Position numbers and translations under genes: made by a program
Shown here: in pieces, positions 45,564-55,918 of the stretch
How the letters are laid out: every line of letters starts with the position of its first letter
Numbering within the stretch: position 1 is the stretch's first letter
The notes under the pieces: generated by a model
What the model was told of the DNA's origin: nothing
Database searches by the model: none
The model's input: the letters and a program-made list of their open reading frames with translations, nothing else
Source of the DNA: an uncultured bacterium
GTDB lineage: Bacteria; Auribacterota; Erginobacteria; Erginobacterales; Erginobacteraceae
Reading direction: 5' to 3'
Length of the DNA: 64,000 bases
Assembly (NCBI GenBank): GCA_963822585.1
Contig: CAWGIE010000003.1
Location: 35,472 to 99,471 of the forward strand

Positions 45564-46124
45564 ATGGAACAGGCCAATCTCTGGAAAAAATATCAGACTG
45601 ATATTGTGCCCAAGATGATGGAGAAGTTCGGCTTTTCCAATCGACTTCGGGTGCCGCGTCTGGAGAAGATCGTCGTCAACATGGGGATCGGTTCCGGCAT
45701 CAGCGACAGTAACGCGATCCAGGCGGCGGCCGACGAACTGGCGGTTATTACCGGCCAGCGTCCGGTCGTCACCCGGGCCAGGGTAAGCGTGGCCGGCTTT
45801 AAGCTCAGGGAGGGAATGGCTGTCGGCTGCCGGGTGACACTGAGAGGGCGGATGATGTATGAATTCCTGGACCGACTGATCAACATCGCCCTTCCCCGGA
45901 TAAAGGACTTCAGGGGACTTTCTCCCGATTCCTTTGATCATCACGGTAACTACAGCCTGGGCCTGGGGGAACAGATTGTTTTTCCGGAGGTGGATGTCGA
46001 TAAATCATACCGGACCCAGGGAATGGACGTAACCATGGTAACCACTACCCGGGACATCGAGGAGGCGCGGGAGCTGCTGACATTGTTCGGGATGCCGTTC
46101 AAGCGCGGAGAGGAAACGAGGTAA
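45564..46124 (+). CDS. rplE: 50S ribosomal protein L5
   Basis: KIVVNMG, FKLREG, LPRIKDFRG. Confidence 0.98.
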   Translation: MEQANLWKKYQTDIVPKMMEKFGFSNRLRVPRLEKIVVNMGIGSGISDSNAIQAAADELAVITGQRPVVTRARVSVAGFKLREGMAVGCRVTLRGRMMYEFLDRLINIALPRIKDFRGLSPDSFDHHGNYSLGLGEQIVFPEVDVDKSYRTQGMDVTMVTTTRDIEEARELLTLFGMPFKRGEETR

Positions 46125-46127
46125 GTA

Positions 46128-46313
46128 ATGGCGAAGAAGGCCTTAATCGAAAAGAGCATGCGGAAGCCGAAGTTCAAGGTGCGCGGCTATTTTCGCTGCC
46201 GGCGGTGCGGTCGGCCCCGGGGATATTACCGGAAGTTCAAGATTTGCCGGATCTGTTTCCGGCAGCTTGCCAGTGAGGGCAAGATCCCCGGCGTGACCAA
46301 GGCAAGCTGGTAA
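46128..46313 (+). CDS. rpsN: 30S ribosomal protein S14 (Zn-binding type Z)
   Basis: [21 protein letters not shown]. Confidence 0.97.
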   Translation: MAKKALIEKSMRKPKFKVRGYFRCRRCGRPRGYYRKFKICRICFRQLASEGKIPGVTKASW

Positions 46314-46415
46314 TAACCAATTTTAAGATATTAAACGACGATCTATCATCTGAATTGGAGATGGAAATTTACAATGTCCATCTTTAATTCAGATTGAGGG
46401 AGGAGATTCGGCTGT

Positions 46416-46814
46416 ATGACGATGACTGATCCAATCGCGGATCTGCTGACCAGAATCCGCAACGCGAATACCAGGGGGCTGGACTGCGTCGATATTCCGG
46501 CCTCGAGACTGAAGAAGGAAATTGTCCGCATTCTCCAGGAAGAAAAGTTCATCAAGAACTTTAAATTAATGGAAGACAACAAGCAAGGAGTGATTAGGGT
46601 CTATCTCCGGTACGGACGGGGGAAGGCCCGGGTGATTCAGGATCTTCAGAGAGTGAGCAAACCCGGCCGGCGGGTCTATGTGAGAAAAGACAAGATCCCC
46701 CGCCCGAAAGGAGGCCTGGGCATCGCCATCATCTCCTCCGCCAAAGGAGTTCTGACCGACCGCCAGGCCCGCCAGGAGCAAGCCGGAGGGGAGGTTGTTT
46801 GTTATGTGTGGTGA
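46416..46814 (+). CDS. rpsH: 30S ribosomal protein S8
   Basis: [21 protein letters not shown]. Confidence 0.98.
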   Translation: MTMTDPIADLLTRIRNANTRGLDCVDIPASRLKKEIVRILQEEKFIKNFKLMEDNKQGVIRVYLRYGRGKARVIQDLQRVSKPGRRVYVRKDKIPRPKGGLGIAIISSAKGVLTDRQARQEQAGGEVVCYVW

Positions 46815-47038
46815 TACATGTTGTTGAAATTAATACTGTGTGGAGAAGACAAAACACATTCTTAATGCCGGGATAATAACTGAATGGAGTATTGGAGTGC
46901 TGGAATGATGGAATTATCGGGTCGGACCCGGAACTCGCCCCCCCGTCGATGAAAAATTCCGACACTCCATTTTAAAACGTTAATTCGGTAAAACCATACA
47001 TTGTCCGAGAATATAATTGCAAGGAAACGCTGATTACC

Positions 47039-47575
47039 ATGTCAAGAATAGGTAACAAACCAATTGAAATTCCTGCCGGGGTCACGGTGACGCTGGAAGG
47101 AAAAAAGATTGCGGTTTCCGGACCGAAAGGAGAGATGGAACTCATCCTGCCCCCGGCCCTGAAAGCGACGATGGAGAATAACCTCATCCGGGTGACACGG
47201 ACCGGGGAAACCAAGCGCATCCGGTCCATTCACGGTCTTTTCAGCCGCCTGATCCACAACATGGTGGTCGGGGTCAGCCGGGGGTTTGAAAAAAAACTGG
47301 AGATCGTCGGGGTCGGTTATCGCGTGGAAATGGATGGTCCGATTCTGGTTCTCCAGCTTGGATTTTCACATCCGATCCGCTACAGCCCCATGGAAGGAAT
47401 CACCTTCTCCCTGGAGGGGAAATCGGTCATCGTGGTGAGCGGGTTTGATCGCCAGAAGGTGGGAGAGACCGCGGCCCAGATTCGCCGTTTCCGCCCTCCG
47501 GAGCCGTACAAGGGGAAGGGCATCAAGTACATTGACGAGTATATCAAACGAAAAGCGGGGAAGGCCATTGCCTGA
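47039..47575 (+). CDS. rplF: 50S ribosomal protein L6
   Basis: MSRIG, PEPYKGKG. Confidence 0.98.
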   Translation: MSRIGNKPIEIPAGVTVTLEGKKIAVSGPKGEMELILPPALKATMENNLIRVTRTGETKRIRSIHGLFSRLIHNMVVGVSRGFEKKLEIVGVGYRVEMDGPILVLQLGFSHPIRYSPMEGITFSLEGKSVIVVSGFDRQKVGETAAQIRRFRPPEPYKGKGIKYIDEYIKRKAGKAIA

Positions 47576-47674
47576 TTGATTCTTTGTTTGCGTGAGCGAA
47601 CCCGATTTATTCATATCAGGATTGGACGGCCTCGCCACCGGATGTAAAATGGGCAGGAAAACAGTGTTAGAAAG

Positions 47675-48046
47675 ATGAAATCAAAAACCAGAAAAGGAAT
47701 CGCACGGCGGAAAAGATCCCTCCGCGTGCGGAAAAAAATCAAAGGGACGGCGCTGCGCCCCCGGCTAAGCGTTTTTCGGAGCCTTCGGAATCTTTCGATT
47801 CAGTTGATCGACGATGATCGAGGCTCCACATTGGCGGCTCTTTCCACTCTTGCTCCCGCTTTCAAACAGAAATACCAGAAAGGGGGGGGGACGGTGGAAG
47901 CCGCCGTGGTTCTGGGTGAACTCGCCGGCGCGCGGGCCGCGGAACTGAAGATCAAAGAAGTGGTTTTTGACCGGGGGGCGTATCGTTATCATGGCCGGGT
48001 GAAAGCGCTCGCAGACGCCTGCCGGAAGGCGGGTCTGGTTTTTTAA
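47675..48046 (+). CDS. rplR: 50S ribosomal protein L18
   Basis: RPRLSVFRS, FDRG.YRYHGRV. Confidence 0.98.
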   Translation: MKSKTRKGIARRKRSLRVRKKIKGTALRPRLSVFRSLRNLSIQLIDDDRGSTLAALSTLAPAFKQKYQKGGGTVEAAVVLGELAGARAAELKIKEVVFDRGAYRYHGRVKALADACRKAGLVF

Positions 48047-48213
48047 ATAAATTATCGCTAATCGTATTTTGCCGGGATTTATAAATAATAAAAAAGTATT
48101 TTTATCACGAAGAACACGAAGTGTTTCATAAATATTTCGTTAAATTAATCTTCGTGACCTTCGTGTCCTTCGTGGTGAAATAGTTTGCGGAGCTAACTTG
48201 CGGGGTGAGCGCA

Positions 48214-48714
48214 ATGGCAGTCGATAAATTTAAAAAGAAAAAACAGGAAATCGGGAACGAGCTATTAGACTTGGTGGTGGATATCCGCCGCTGTTCAAAA
48301 GTGGTGAAGGGGGGGAGAAGGTTCAGTTTCAGCGCGGTGGTCGTGGTCGGAGACAAAGCCGGTCATGTCGGGCTCGGTATGGGAAAAGCGAATGAAGTCG
48401 CCGACGCCATCTCCAAAGCCAATGAGGTTGCCAAGAAGAATATTTTCCTGGTGCCGATCAAGGCGAACACCATCTCTCATAGTGTGATCGGGTGTTTCGG
48501 CGGCGCCCGGGTGCTGTTAAAACCCGCGCCGCCCGGAAAAGGAATCGTGGCCGGTGGCGGCGTGCGTGCGCTATTGGAATTATCGGGGATTCGGGACATC
48601 TACGCCAAAGCACAAGGTTCCCGCAATCCTTTCAATTTAATCAAAGCGGGGATTGACGGGCTGGAGAGGATCAGGGAAGAAGAAGAAGCATACGGGTTGA
48701 GGAAGGGGGGATAG
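48214..48714 (+). CDS. rpsE: 30S ribosomal protein S5
   Basis: KVVKGGRRFSF, GIVAGG. Confidence 0.97.
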   Translation: MAVDKFKKKKQEIGNELLDLVVDIRRCSKVVKGGRRFSFSAVVVVGDKAGHVGLGMGKANEVADAISKANEVAKKNIFLVPIKANTISHSVIGCFGGARVLLKPAPPGKGIVAGGGVRALLELSGIRDIYAKAQGSRNPFNLIKAGIDGLERIREEEEAYGLRKGG

Positions 48715-49158
48715 ATGGAACTGCATGAATTAAGAACTGTTCCCGGTTCGCGCAGGCCCCGGAAGAGACGGGGCCGCGGTCCCGGCTCCGGGCTCGGCAA
48801 ATCAGCCGGACGGGGAGAGAAAGGCCAGAAAGCGCGGTCAGGATACCATTCAAAACCGGGGTTCGAAGGGGGGCAGATGCCCCTGAAAAGAAGGCTTCCC
48901 AAAGTGGGATTCACGTCCCCCTTTCCCACGATTTATCTCCCGGTAAACATCGGCGCCCTCGCTGTTTTTCCGGAAGGAACCGAGGTCACCCCTCAGGTGC
49001 TCCGGGAACGGCGGATGATTCGATCGGCCAAGCAGCCGATCAAGATTTTAGGCCGGGGAGCGATCGACAGGAAACTGGTGGTCGAAGCGCATCGCTTCAG
49101 CAGATCGGCGCGAACCGCGATCGAGGCCGCCGGCGGAACCTGCCGGGAGATAAAATAA
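48715..49158 (+). CDS. rplO: 50S ribosomal protein L15
   Basis: GRGPGSG, KGQKARSG, FEGGQMPL. Confidence 0.98.
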   Translation: MELHELRTVPGSRRPRKRRGRGPGSGLGKSAGRGEKGQKARSGYHSKPGFEGGQMPLKRRLPKVGFTSPFPTIYLPVNIGALAVFPEGTEVTPQVLRERRMIRSAKQPIKILGRGAIDRKLVVEAHRFSRSARTAIEAAGGTCREIK

Positions 49159-49341
49159 TACATTCAGCTGCGAAATAATGCTTTATAACTATACTCGGTA
49201 TATTTAACCACGAAGAACACGAAGGACACGAAGAAAGAATAAAAAAGCTCGACGGTTGAATTTTTCTTCGTGAACTTCGTGTTCTTCGTGGTTTAGATTA
49301 TGTACATCGCAAGAGATTCTGATAATCGATAGTGAGAAGCC

Positions 49342-50694
49342 ATGCTTTCCGCCTTCACCAACATATTTAAAATACCGGAGCTTCGGAAAAGGATATTCTT
49401 TACCCTGGGGCTGCTCGTCATCTACCGGGTCGGGTGTTATATACCCACCCCGGGGATTAACTCGCAGGTGCTGAACGATATATTCACTCAGCTCACCAAG
49501 GTCAGAGGGGGGACTATCTTCGGCCTGATGGATATTTTCTCCGGAGGGGCGATCTCGAAGTGCACCATCTTCGCGCTCGGGATCATGCCCTATATCAGCG
49601 CCTCCATCATCATGCAGCTGCTCACCGCGGTGGTTCCGTTTTTGGAGAAACTGTCCAAGGAAGGAGAAATGGGGCGGAAAAAAATTAACCAGTATACCCG
49701 TTACGCCACGGTGGTCCTCTCCCTCTTCCAGGGATACATGATCAGTATCGGTCTTCAGAACCCCCAATCCATCTTCGGGAACCTGGCTGCCGGCAAAGAG
49801 ATCGCTCCCGACGGCTTTGGCTTCAGGCTTTTAGCCATGCTGACGTTGACCTCGGGGACCATTTTTATCATGTGGCTTGGAGAGCAGATCACCGAACGGG
49901 GGATCGGCAATGGGATTTCCCTCATCATTACTACCAGTATTATCTCGCGAGCTCCAACCGCGGCCATCGACGCCTGGAACGTCTTCTCCCCGCTTGATCC
50001 GGAGAAGCAGACCCAGCCCCTGGGGTTGCTGATCGTGATGGCGATACTATTTATCGCCGTGGTCGCGGCCGTGATCATGGTGACCCAGGGGCAGCGGCAG
50101 ATCCCGGTACAATATGCAAAAAGGATCGTCGGCCGCAAGATTTACGGCGGTCAGCGGACCTATATTCCTCTGCGCGTCAACCAGGCCGGGGTAATCCCGA
50201 TCATTTTCGCTTCCGCCCTGCTCATGTTCCCCGCTACGCTGGCGGGATTCATACCCAGGCTGTCGGTTATCAGAGACTATCTCTCTCCCGGAGCGCCTCT
50301 CTATATGCTTCTTTATGTTCTCTGCATTATCTTCTTCTGTTATTTTTATACGGCCATCACTTTCAATCCGGTTGATGTCGCCGATAATATGCGCAAATAT
50401 GGAGGCTTTATCCCGGGCATCAGGCCGGGGAAGAACACCGCCGAATACCTGGATCGGGTCATGACCCGGATCACCATCTCCGGCGCGATCTTTCTCTCGG
50501 CGATAGCAATACTCCCGACCCTGATCAGCGGGAGGTTGAACTTGAACTTCACCATCACCCAGTTCATGGGCGGAACAAGTCTTTTGATTCTGGTCGGTGT
50601 AATGCTGGATACCATGCGCCAGGTCGAGTCGCACCTCCTGATGCGGCACTATGACGGGTTCATGAAAAAAGGCAAGCTCAGGGGGAGGTTTTAA
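49342..50694 (+). CDS. secY: Preprotein translocase SecY
   Basis: LGIMPYISASII, GIGNGISL, IPGIRPG, GGTSLLI. Confidence 0.98.
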   Translation: MLSAFTNIFKIPELRKRIFFTLGLLVIYRVGCYIPTPGINSQVLNDIFTQLTKVRGGTIFGLMDIFSGGAISKCTIFALGIMPYISASIIMQLLTAVVPFLEKLSKEGEMGRKKINQYTRYATVVLSLFQGYMISIGLQNPQSIFGNLAAGKEIAPDGFGFRLLAMLTLTSGTIFIMWLGEQITERGIGNGISLIITTSIISRAPTAAIDAWNVFSPLDPEKQTQPLGLLIVMAILFIAVVAAVIMVTQGQRQIPVQYAKRIVGRKIYGGQRTYIPLRVNQAGVIPIIFASALLMFPATLAGFIPRLSVIRDYLSPGAPLYMLLYVLCIIFFCYFYTAITFNPVDVADNMRKYGGFIPGIRPGKNTAEYLDRVMTRITISGAIFLSAIAILPTLISGRLNLNFTITQFMGGTSLLILVGVMLDTMRQVESHLLMRHYDGFMKKGKLRGRF

Positions 50695-50695
50695 A

Positions 50696-51349
50696 ATGAA
50701 TATCGTCTTTCTTGGCCCCCCCGGCGCCGGTAAGGGAACCCAGGCGGTCGGTCTTTCTCGTGAGTTCGGGATCCCGCACATCTCGACCGGTGACATATTA
50801 AGGGAAGAAATAAAAGCGGGGACGGAACTGGGGAAGCTGGCCCAGAGTTATATTGATGACGGCAATCTCGTCCCGGACCGGGTGGCGGTCGATATCATTA
50901 AACACCGCCTGGCCAAAGACGATGCCAAAAACGGGTATATATTGGACGGTTTCCCCCGGACGATACCCCAAGCGGAGATGCTGGAGGAGCTTTTAACCGA
51001 GTTAGGAACCGCTCTTGATCGGGTGATCTACCTGGACGCAGCCGAAGAAGTTATCGTTAAGCGCTTAAGCGGCAGGCGAATCTGTCGGGAATGCGGCAAG
51101 ATATTTCATATCGATAACATGCCGCCCCGGGTCTCCGGTATCTGCGATTTGTGCGGCGGGGAACTCTATCAGCGTCCCGACGACCAGCCGGAGGCGATCC
51201 GTCACCGGCTGCACGTTTACCGGGAGAAGACGGCCGACCTTATCCAATGGTATGCCGATAAAAAGTTGCTGACCCGGGTCGATGCCAATATCGCTCGAGA
51301 GGAAACATACGGAATATTACGAGAAATCTTCAACCAAATACGGTCATAA
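50696..51349 (+). CDS. adk: Adenylate kinase (Zn-binding LID)
   Basis: [20 protein letters not shown]...CDLC. Confidence 0.98.
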   Translation: MNIVFLGPPGAGKGTQAVGLSREFGIPHISTGDILREEIKAGTELGKLAQSYIDDGNLVPDRVAVDIIKHRLAKDDAKNGYILDGFPRTIPQAEMLEELLTELGTALDRVIYLDAAEEVIVKRLSGRRICRECGKIFHIDNMPPRVSGICDLCGGELYQRPDDQPEAIRHRLHVYREKTADLIQWYADKKLLTRVDANIAREETYGILREIFNQIRS

Positions 51350-51564
51350 TGGGAAAAGACGAACCGATCAAGCTGGAAGGCGAGGTCAGGGAACTCCTCC
51401 CCAATACCATGTTCAGGGTAGCGGTTGGCGAGGGGCACATTGTCCTGGCCCATATCTCCGGCAGGATGCGGCTTCATTTCATCAAGCTGCTGCCCGGAGA
51501 TAAAGTCTTGATGGAGATGTCACCCTATGATTTAACCAAGGGCCGAATCATCCGAAGTCTCTAA
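51349..51564 (+). CDS. infA: Translation initiation factor IF-1
   Basis: [18 protein letters not shown]. Confidence 0.97.
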   Translation: MGKDEPIKLEGEVRELLPNTMFRVAVGEGHIVLAHISGRMRLHFIKLLPGDKVLMEMSPYDLTKGRIIRSL

Positions 51565-51647
51565 ACGGAACATTTCGATCTTAAATAGGTGGATAACTGT
51601 TAGTCCGCAAAGTATTTTCCATTATTTTTTCCGAAGTAAAAAATACA

Positions 51648-51761
51648 ATGAAAGTAAAAGCGTCGGTTAAGAGACTGTGCGAGCGCTGTAAAATCGTGAA
51701 ACGAAAGGGCGTGGTACGGGTGATCTGTACCAACCCCCGGCACAAACAGAAGCAGGGTTAA
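51648..51761 (+). CDS. rpmJ: 50S ribosomal protein L36
   Basis: Hand translation: [37 protein letters not shown]; not in the ORF track. Confidence 0.96.
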   Translation: MKVKASVKRLCERCKIVKRKGVVRVICTNPRHKQKQG

Positions 51762-51773
51762 AGGAGAGGAACG

Positions 51774-52160
51774 ATGCCCAGAATCGTCGGGGTCGATATC
51801 CCGAAACAGAAACCGATTGATATTGCTTTGACCTCAATCTTTGGGGTCGGGCGAAAAATAGCCGGTGACATAGTCAGAGAAGCCGGTATTAAGCCCGGTC
51901 TTCGAGCCAAAGATCTCACCGAGGATGAAGTAGGAAAAATTAGTTCGATTATTCAGAAAAAATACCAGGTTGAAGGAGATCTCCGTCGGGATCGTTCACA
52001 GAATGTAAATCGGTTAATGAATATCGGCTGCTATCGGGGCTTGCGCCACCGGCGCGGTCTCCCCGTCAGAGGTCAGAGGACGCATACTAATGCCCGCACC
52101 CGGAAAGGCCCGGGAAGGGGTATCGTCGGGGCCAAGAGAAAGAAAAAAGAGGCCCAGTAA
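51774..52160 (+). CDS. rpsM: 30S ribosomal protein S13
   Basis: [19 protein letters not shown]. Confidence 0.98.
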   Translation: MPRIVGVDIPKQKPIDIALTSIFGVGRKIAGDIVREAGIKPGLRAKDLTEDEVGKISSIIQKKYQVEGDLRRDRSQNVNRLMNIGCYRGLRHRRGLPVRGQRTHTNARTRKGPGRGIVGAKRKKKEAQ

Positions 52161-52212
52161 TCCGATTTATTCATAAATCGGATTAGTTTTAAACAATGCC
52201 GGAGAGATTTGA

Positions 52213-52605
52213 ATGGCAAAAGAGAAGAAAAAGACAGGGAAAAAGAAGAGTGCCCGCTCGGTTGTTGCGGGGGTGGCGCATATTCAGGCCACGTTCAACA
52301 ATACCATCGTTTCAATCACCGATCCCGAAGGTGAGGTTATCGCCTGGGCCAGCTCCGGCAAGGCTGGTTTCAAGGGATCACGGAAAAGTACTTCTTTTGC
52401 CGCCCAGCTGGTCGCCCAGCAGGCCGGAAATGAAGCGAAGAACATGGGATTGCAAAGGATAGAGGTCTGGGTGAAAGGCCCCGGTGCCGGCAGGGAATCG
52501 GCGGTACGCGCTCTCCAATCACTTGGTTTGAGGATTACCGCGATCCGGGATGTTACGCCCGTACCTCATAACGGCTGCCGTCCGCCCAAGAGACGTCGAG
52601 TATAA
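52213..52605 (+). CDS. rpsK: 30S ribosomal protein S11
   Basis: [21 protein letters not shown]. Confidence 0.98.
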   Translation: MAKEKKKTGKKKSARSVVAGVAHIQATFNNTIVSITDPEGEVIAWASSGKAGFKGSRKSTSFAAQLVAQQAGNEAKNMGLQRIEVWVKGPGAGRESAVRALQSLGLRITAIRDVTPVPHNGCRPPKRRRV

Positions 52606-52682
52606 TCCGATTTATGTGGAAAATAGGTCCATTATTTCAGCAATAATCCGGATAAACAGGTTGAACCGTATCAGGAGTTATT

Positions 52683-53309
52683 ATGGGTAGGTATATTGGT
52701 CCAGTTTGCAGGATGTGCCGCCGGGAGAAGATGAAGCTTTTCCTCAAGGGGGCCAAGTGTTTGATGAGTAAGTGTCCGGTGGAAAAAGGTAGAAACGTCC
52801 CCGGTGAGCACGGGTTGCGGCGGCGAAAAGTATCCGAGTACGGGACCCAACTGCGTGAGAAACAGAAGTTGAGAAGAAGCTTCGGTATCGGCGAGCAGCA
52901 GTTCAGGAATTATTTTGAAAAAGCCGCCAGGCAGAAAGGACGGACAGGTGAAAACCTGCTTCGGATACTGGAGAGCCGTCTCGACAGCGTGATATACCGC
53001 CTGGGCTTTGTGCCGGCCGTCCGCACCGCCCGGCAATTTATTCGGCATGGTCATATCAAGGTAAACGGGCGGAGGGTCGATTACCCGGGTTATCAGGTGA
53101 AGGTAGGCGACATGATAGAGGTCAAGGAAAGCGGCGCCAGCCGTCAGCGGGCCGCGGAGTCGCTGGAAGCCTCTCACGCGCAGGTAATACCGGAATGGTT
53201 ACGACTTGACAAGAACCAGTTCCGGGGGGAAGTGCTTCGTCTTCCCACCATGGAGGAAGGAAGGGTCCCCGTGGACATCTCCCTGGTAGTGGGCTTGTAT
53301 TCAAAATAG
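52683..53309 (+). CDS. rpsD: 30S ribosomal protein S4
   Basis: QLREKQK, LESRLD, ARQFIRHGH. Confidence 0.98.
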   Translation: MGRYIGPVCRMCRREKMKLFLKGAKCLMSKCPVEKGRNVPGEHGLRRRKVSEYGTQLREKQKLRRSFGIGEQQFRNYFEKAARQKGRTGENLLRILESRLDSVIYRLGFVPAVRTARQFIRHGHIKVNGRRVDYPGYQVKVGDMIEVKESGASRQRAAESLEASHAQVIPEWLRLDKNQFRGEVLRLPTMEEGRVPVDISLVVGLYSK

Positions 53310-53362
53310 CCGATACCCGGGTGTATGCCTTTTACCGATTGAAATTTTAGAGGAGGAATACT

Positions 53363-54382
53363 ATGGCCATCGTGATGGGGAAGTTTGAACTTCCCAAAGT
53401 ACTGATAGAAGACGAAAACACCAAGACCGACACGTATACAAAATTTATCGCCGAACCCTTTGAGCGCGGGTATGGTTTTACCCTGGGCACCGCCCTGCGC
53501 CGGGTTCTCCTTTCCTCTCTGGAAGGAGCCGCGGTGACCGACGTCAGGATAGAAGGCGCGCTCCATGAGTTCGCGACCATTGAAGGCGTCTATGAGGATG
53601 TAACCCAGATTATCCTCAATGTGAAACGGATTGTCCTGAAGATGGACGGCCGGGAACCACGGATGATCAGGCTCTCAGCCAAAGGGGAGAAAGAAGTGAC
53701 GGCCGGGGATATAGACACCGGAGGAACGGTGGAAATCGTCAATCCGGAGCAGCCGATCGCCCGGCTGGGCAAAGGGGCCGTATTCGAGATGGAACTGGGC
53801 GTCGGGTTGGGCCGGGGTTATCGCCCGGCGGAATTGAATAAAAACCCCGATTCTCCGATTGGTGTCATCCCGGTTGACTCGATCTTCAGTCCCGTCAGGA
53901 AAGTCAAATATTATGTGGAAGATACCCGTGTCGGCCAGCGGACGGATTACAACCGCCTGATCATGGAAATCTGGACCGATGGCCGTCTTACTCCTCGTGA
54001 AGCCCTTATTCAATCATCGGCCGTTCTTAAAAAGCATCTGGACATGTTCACCGACCAGGATCTGTACGCGATTGAATTCGAAGAGGACATAGAGACGGAA
54101 GACAAGGAGGACAAGCTTCAGAAACTGCTCAATATGCCGATTAATGAGATCGAGCTTTCGGTCCGCTCATCCAACTGCATCAAGTCAGCCAATATCCAGA
54201 CCATCGGGGATCTTGTCCGGCGGTCGGAAGCGGAGATGCTCAAATACCGCAATTTCGGAAAAAAGTCACTCGAGGAGATCAAGAGCATCCTCTCCAGCCT
54301 GGGTCTTTCCCTGGGGATGGAAATACCTCCGGAAACTTCACCTGATCGGCTAGGCAGCGGTGACATTTTAAGCATGGAGTAA
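53363..54382 (+). CDS. rpoA: RNA polymerase alpha subunit
   Basis: EPFERGYG, LRRVLLSS, LSVRSSNC, NFGKKSL. Confidence 0.98.
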   Translation: MAIVMGKFELPKVLIEDENTKTDTYTKFIAEPFERGYGFTLGTALRRVLLSSLEGAAVTDVRIEGALHEFATIEGVYEDVTQIILNVKRIVLKMDGREPRMIRLSAKGEKEVTAGDIDTGGTVEIVNPEQPIARLGKGAVFEMELGVGLGRGYRPAELNKNPDSPIGVIPVDSIFSPVRKVKYYVEDTRVGQRTDYNRLIMEIWTDGRLTPREALIQSSAVLKKHLDMFTDQDLYAIEFEEDIETEDKEDKLQKLLNMPINEIELSVRSSNCIKSANIQTIGDLVRRSEAEMLKYRNFGKKSLEEIKSILSSLGLSLGMEIPPETSPDRLGSGDILSME

Positions 54383-54388
54383 CGAACA

Positions 54389-54820
54389 GTGCGTCACAGA
54401 AAGAAAACAATCAAATTAAACCGGACGTCGGCCCATCGATCGGCGTTGCTGGCCAATATGGTTTCCAGTCTCATCCGTGAGGAAGTGATCATCACCACCC
54501 TGGCCAAGGCGAATGCCGCCCAACCCCTGGCGGAGAAGATGGTTACCCTGGCCAAACGCGACACCCTGGCCGCCCGCCGGCGGGCAATTCAGATATTGCG
54601 GGACAAAGAAGCGGTCCAAAAACTCTTCGCGGAGATCGGGCCCCGGTTCACGGAAAGGGATGGAGGCTGTACCCGGATGCTGAAGCTGGCCCGCTGCCGC
54701 CGCGGTGACGGCGCGACACTGGCCAGACTCTCCTTTCTGGACGAGGAGGCTCCGCCCGCTCGGGAGAAGAAGAAGACCGATAAACAGGTCTCCTCGAAAT
54801 CGGCAGAAGATCAGAAATGA
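54389..54820 (+). CDS. rplQ: 50S ribosomal protein L17
   Basis: MRHRK, LNRTSAHR, R.GG.TR, RRGD. Confidence 0.97.
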   Translation: MRHRKKTIKLNRTSAHRSALLANMVSSLIREEVIITTLAKANAAQPLAEKMVTLAKRDTLAARRRAIQILRDKEAVQKLFAEIGPRFTERDGGCTRMLKLARCRRGDGATLARLSFLDEEAPPAREKKKTDKQVSSKSAEDQK

Positions 54821-55170
54821 GCTCTGGATCGAACGACATCACCTTTCGGGATGAAAGAAAAGTTCTCCTGGGGATGATCCGCACTCTCCTGAACGATCTC
54901 CGAATGATCCAGCAGCTGGGAGCGGGGTATTATGATTCCGGCTCCTTTATCAGCCGGTACAACAGACTGCTGGAAGTGGCGAAGGAACTTTTCCCCGGCT
55001 CCCGTTTGATGGAGACATTCGCGCCCATTGAAGTGGTCAGCACTGTCGATCCCGTCGACAAGATGAAGATGACCCAGAAAGTGCTGATCGAGGGTGGACA
55101 GCTGATATCCCTGATCGAATCGACTCTGGCGAGATTACCGGAGTCGGTGGACGGCCCGGAGGGGCAATAA
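54817..55170 (+). CDS. Hypothetical helical protein coupled to rplQ
   Basis: ATGA start/stop overlap with rplQ; host-like codon use; no recognisable motif. Confidence 0.7.
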   Translation: MSSGSNDITFRDERKVLLGMIRTLLNDLRMIQQLGAGYYDSGSFISRYNRLLEVAKELFPGSRLMETFAPIEVVSTVDPVDKMKMTQKVLIEGGQLISLIESTLARLPESVDGPEGQ

Positions 55171-55194
55171 GTAGACCTTACTCGAAAAGCTCGT

Positions 55195-55347
55195 AAGATC
55201 TAAAATCCTAATATCTAAATACTAAACAATATCAAATGACCGAAATTAAAAAATCCTAAACAATGGGGTAAAACCGGCAATATTTTGAGCATTCGGTCAT
55301 TTGGATTTAGGATTTATTTAGGATTTTGATATTAGAATTTAGGATTT
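55195..55347. repeat. AT-rich periodic inverted-repeat element (about 7-nt units)
   Basis: AAATCCTAATATCTAAA...AAATGACCGAA / TTCGGTCATTT...TTTAGGATTT between convergent genes. Confidence 0.8.
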
Positions 55348-55402
55348 CCTTCTCGAATACCTTTTCGAACCGGGTCTCTCTACACGCGTCGCCGGTAGGC
55401 TC

Positions 55403-55750
55403 CTATTCCTTCAAGGTGAGCGTGTAGTTGTAATGGTTGCCGGCGTTGTATTCAAAGACCTTCTTGTACACCGGTACCGTCTCTCCCTGCCAGTAGGTAA
55501 GGAAGGCCATGCCCGACTCGGCTTCGAAGACGAATCGGACCTCGCCTTCCGCGTTGCTTACCTGTTTCCACTCCATATTAGCTCCATCGATCAATACCGC
55601 CGTTACCCCCGCCAGCGGGTGTGAATCGGAGGCGAAGGTGATATTGATATAAGTAGGCGGCGGCCCCAGAAGTACGTCGGCTTCCCTGCTCTCGGCGGGA
55701 AGGGAGAGGATGAAGGCACATGCGAACAGGATCGGAAGGAATATCTTCAT
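55403..55750 (-). CDS. Small exported beta-rich protein
   Basis: Signal peptide; PLAGVTAVL...SNAEG.V.F resembles carboxypeptidase-regulatory-like domains. Confidence 0.6.
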   Translation of the reverse strand: MKIFLPILFACAFILSLPAESREADVLLGPPPTYINITFASDSHPLAGVTAVLIDGANMEWKQVSNAEGEVRFVFEAESGMAFLTYWQGETVPVYKKVFEYNAGNHYNYTLTLKE

Positions 55751-55918
55751 TATCTGTTCCCCCTGGTATTTCCCCGGTAAATGATAGTGTTTGTTCTTTT
55801 ACTACAGCTGCTTACTTTACAGAAAGCCGGCCGATATGTAAAGTAGCGAAATTCGTGTTCTTCGTGGTTATAATTATAATTAGTTTTATAACCAACAAAG
55901 TACTGAAGAAAATCTGGT

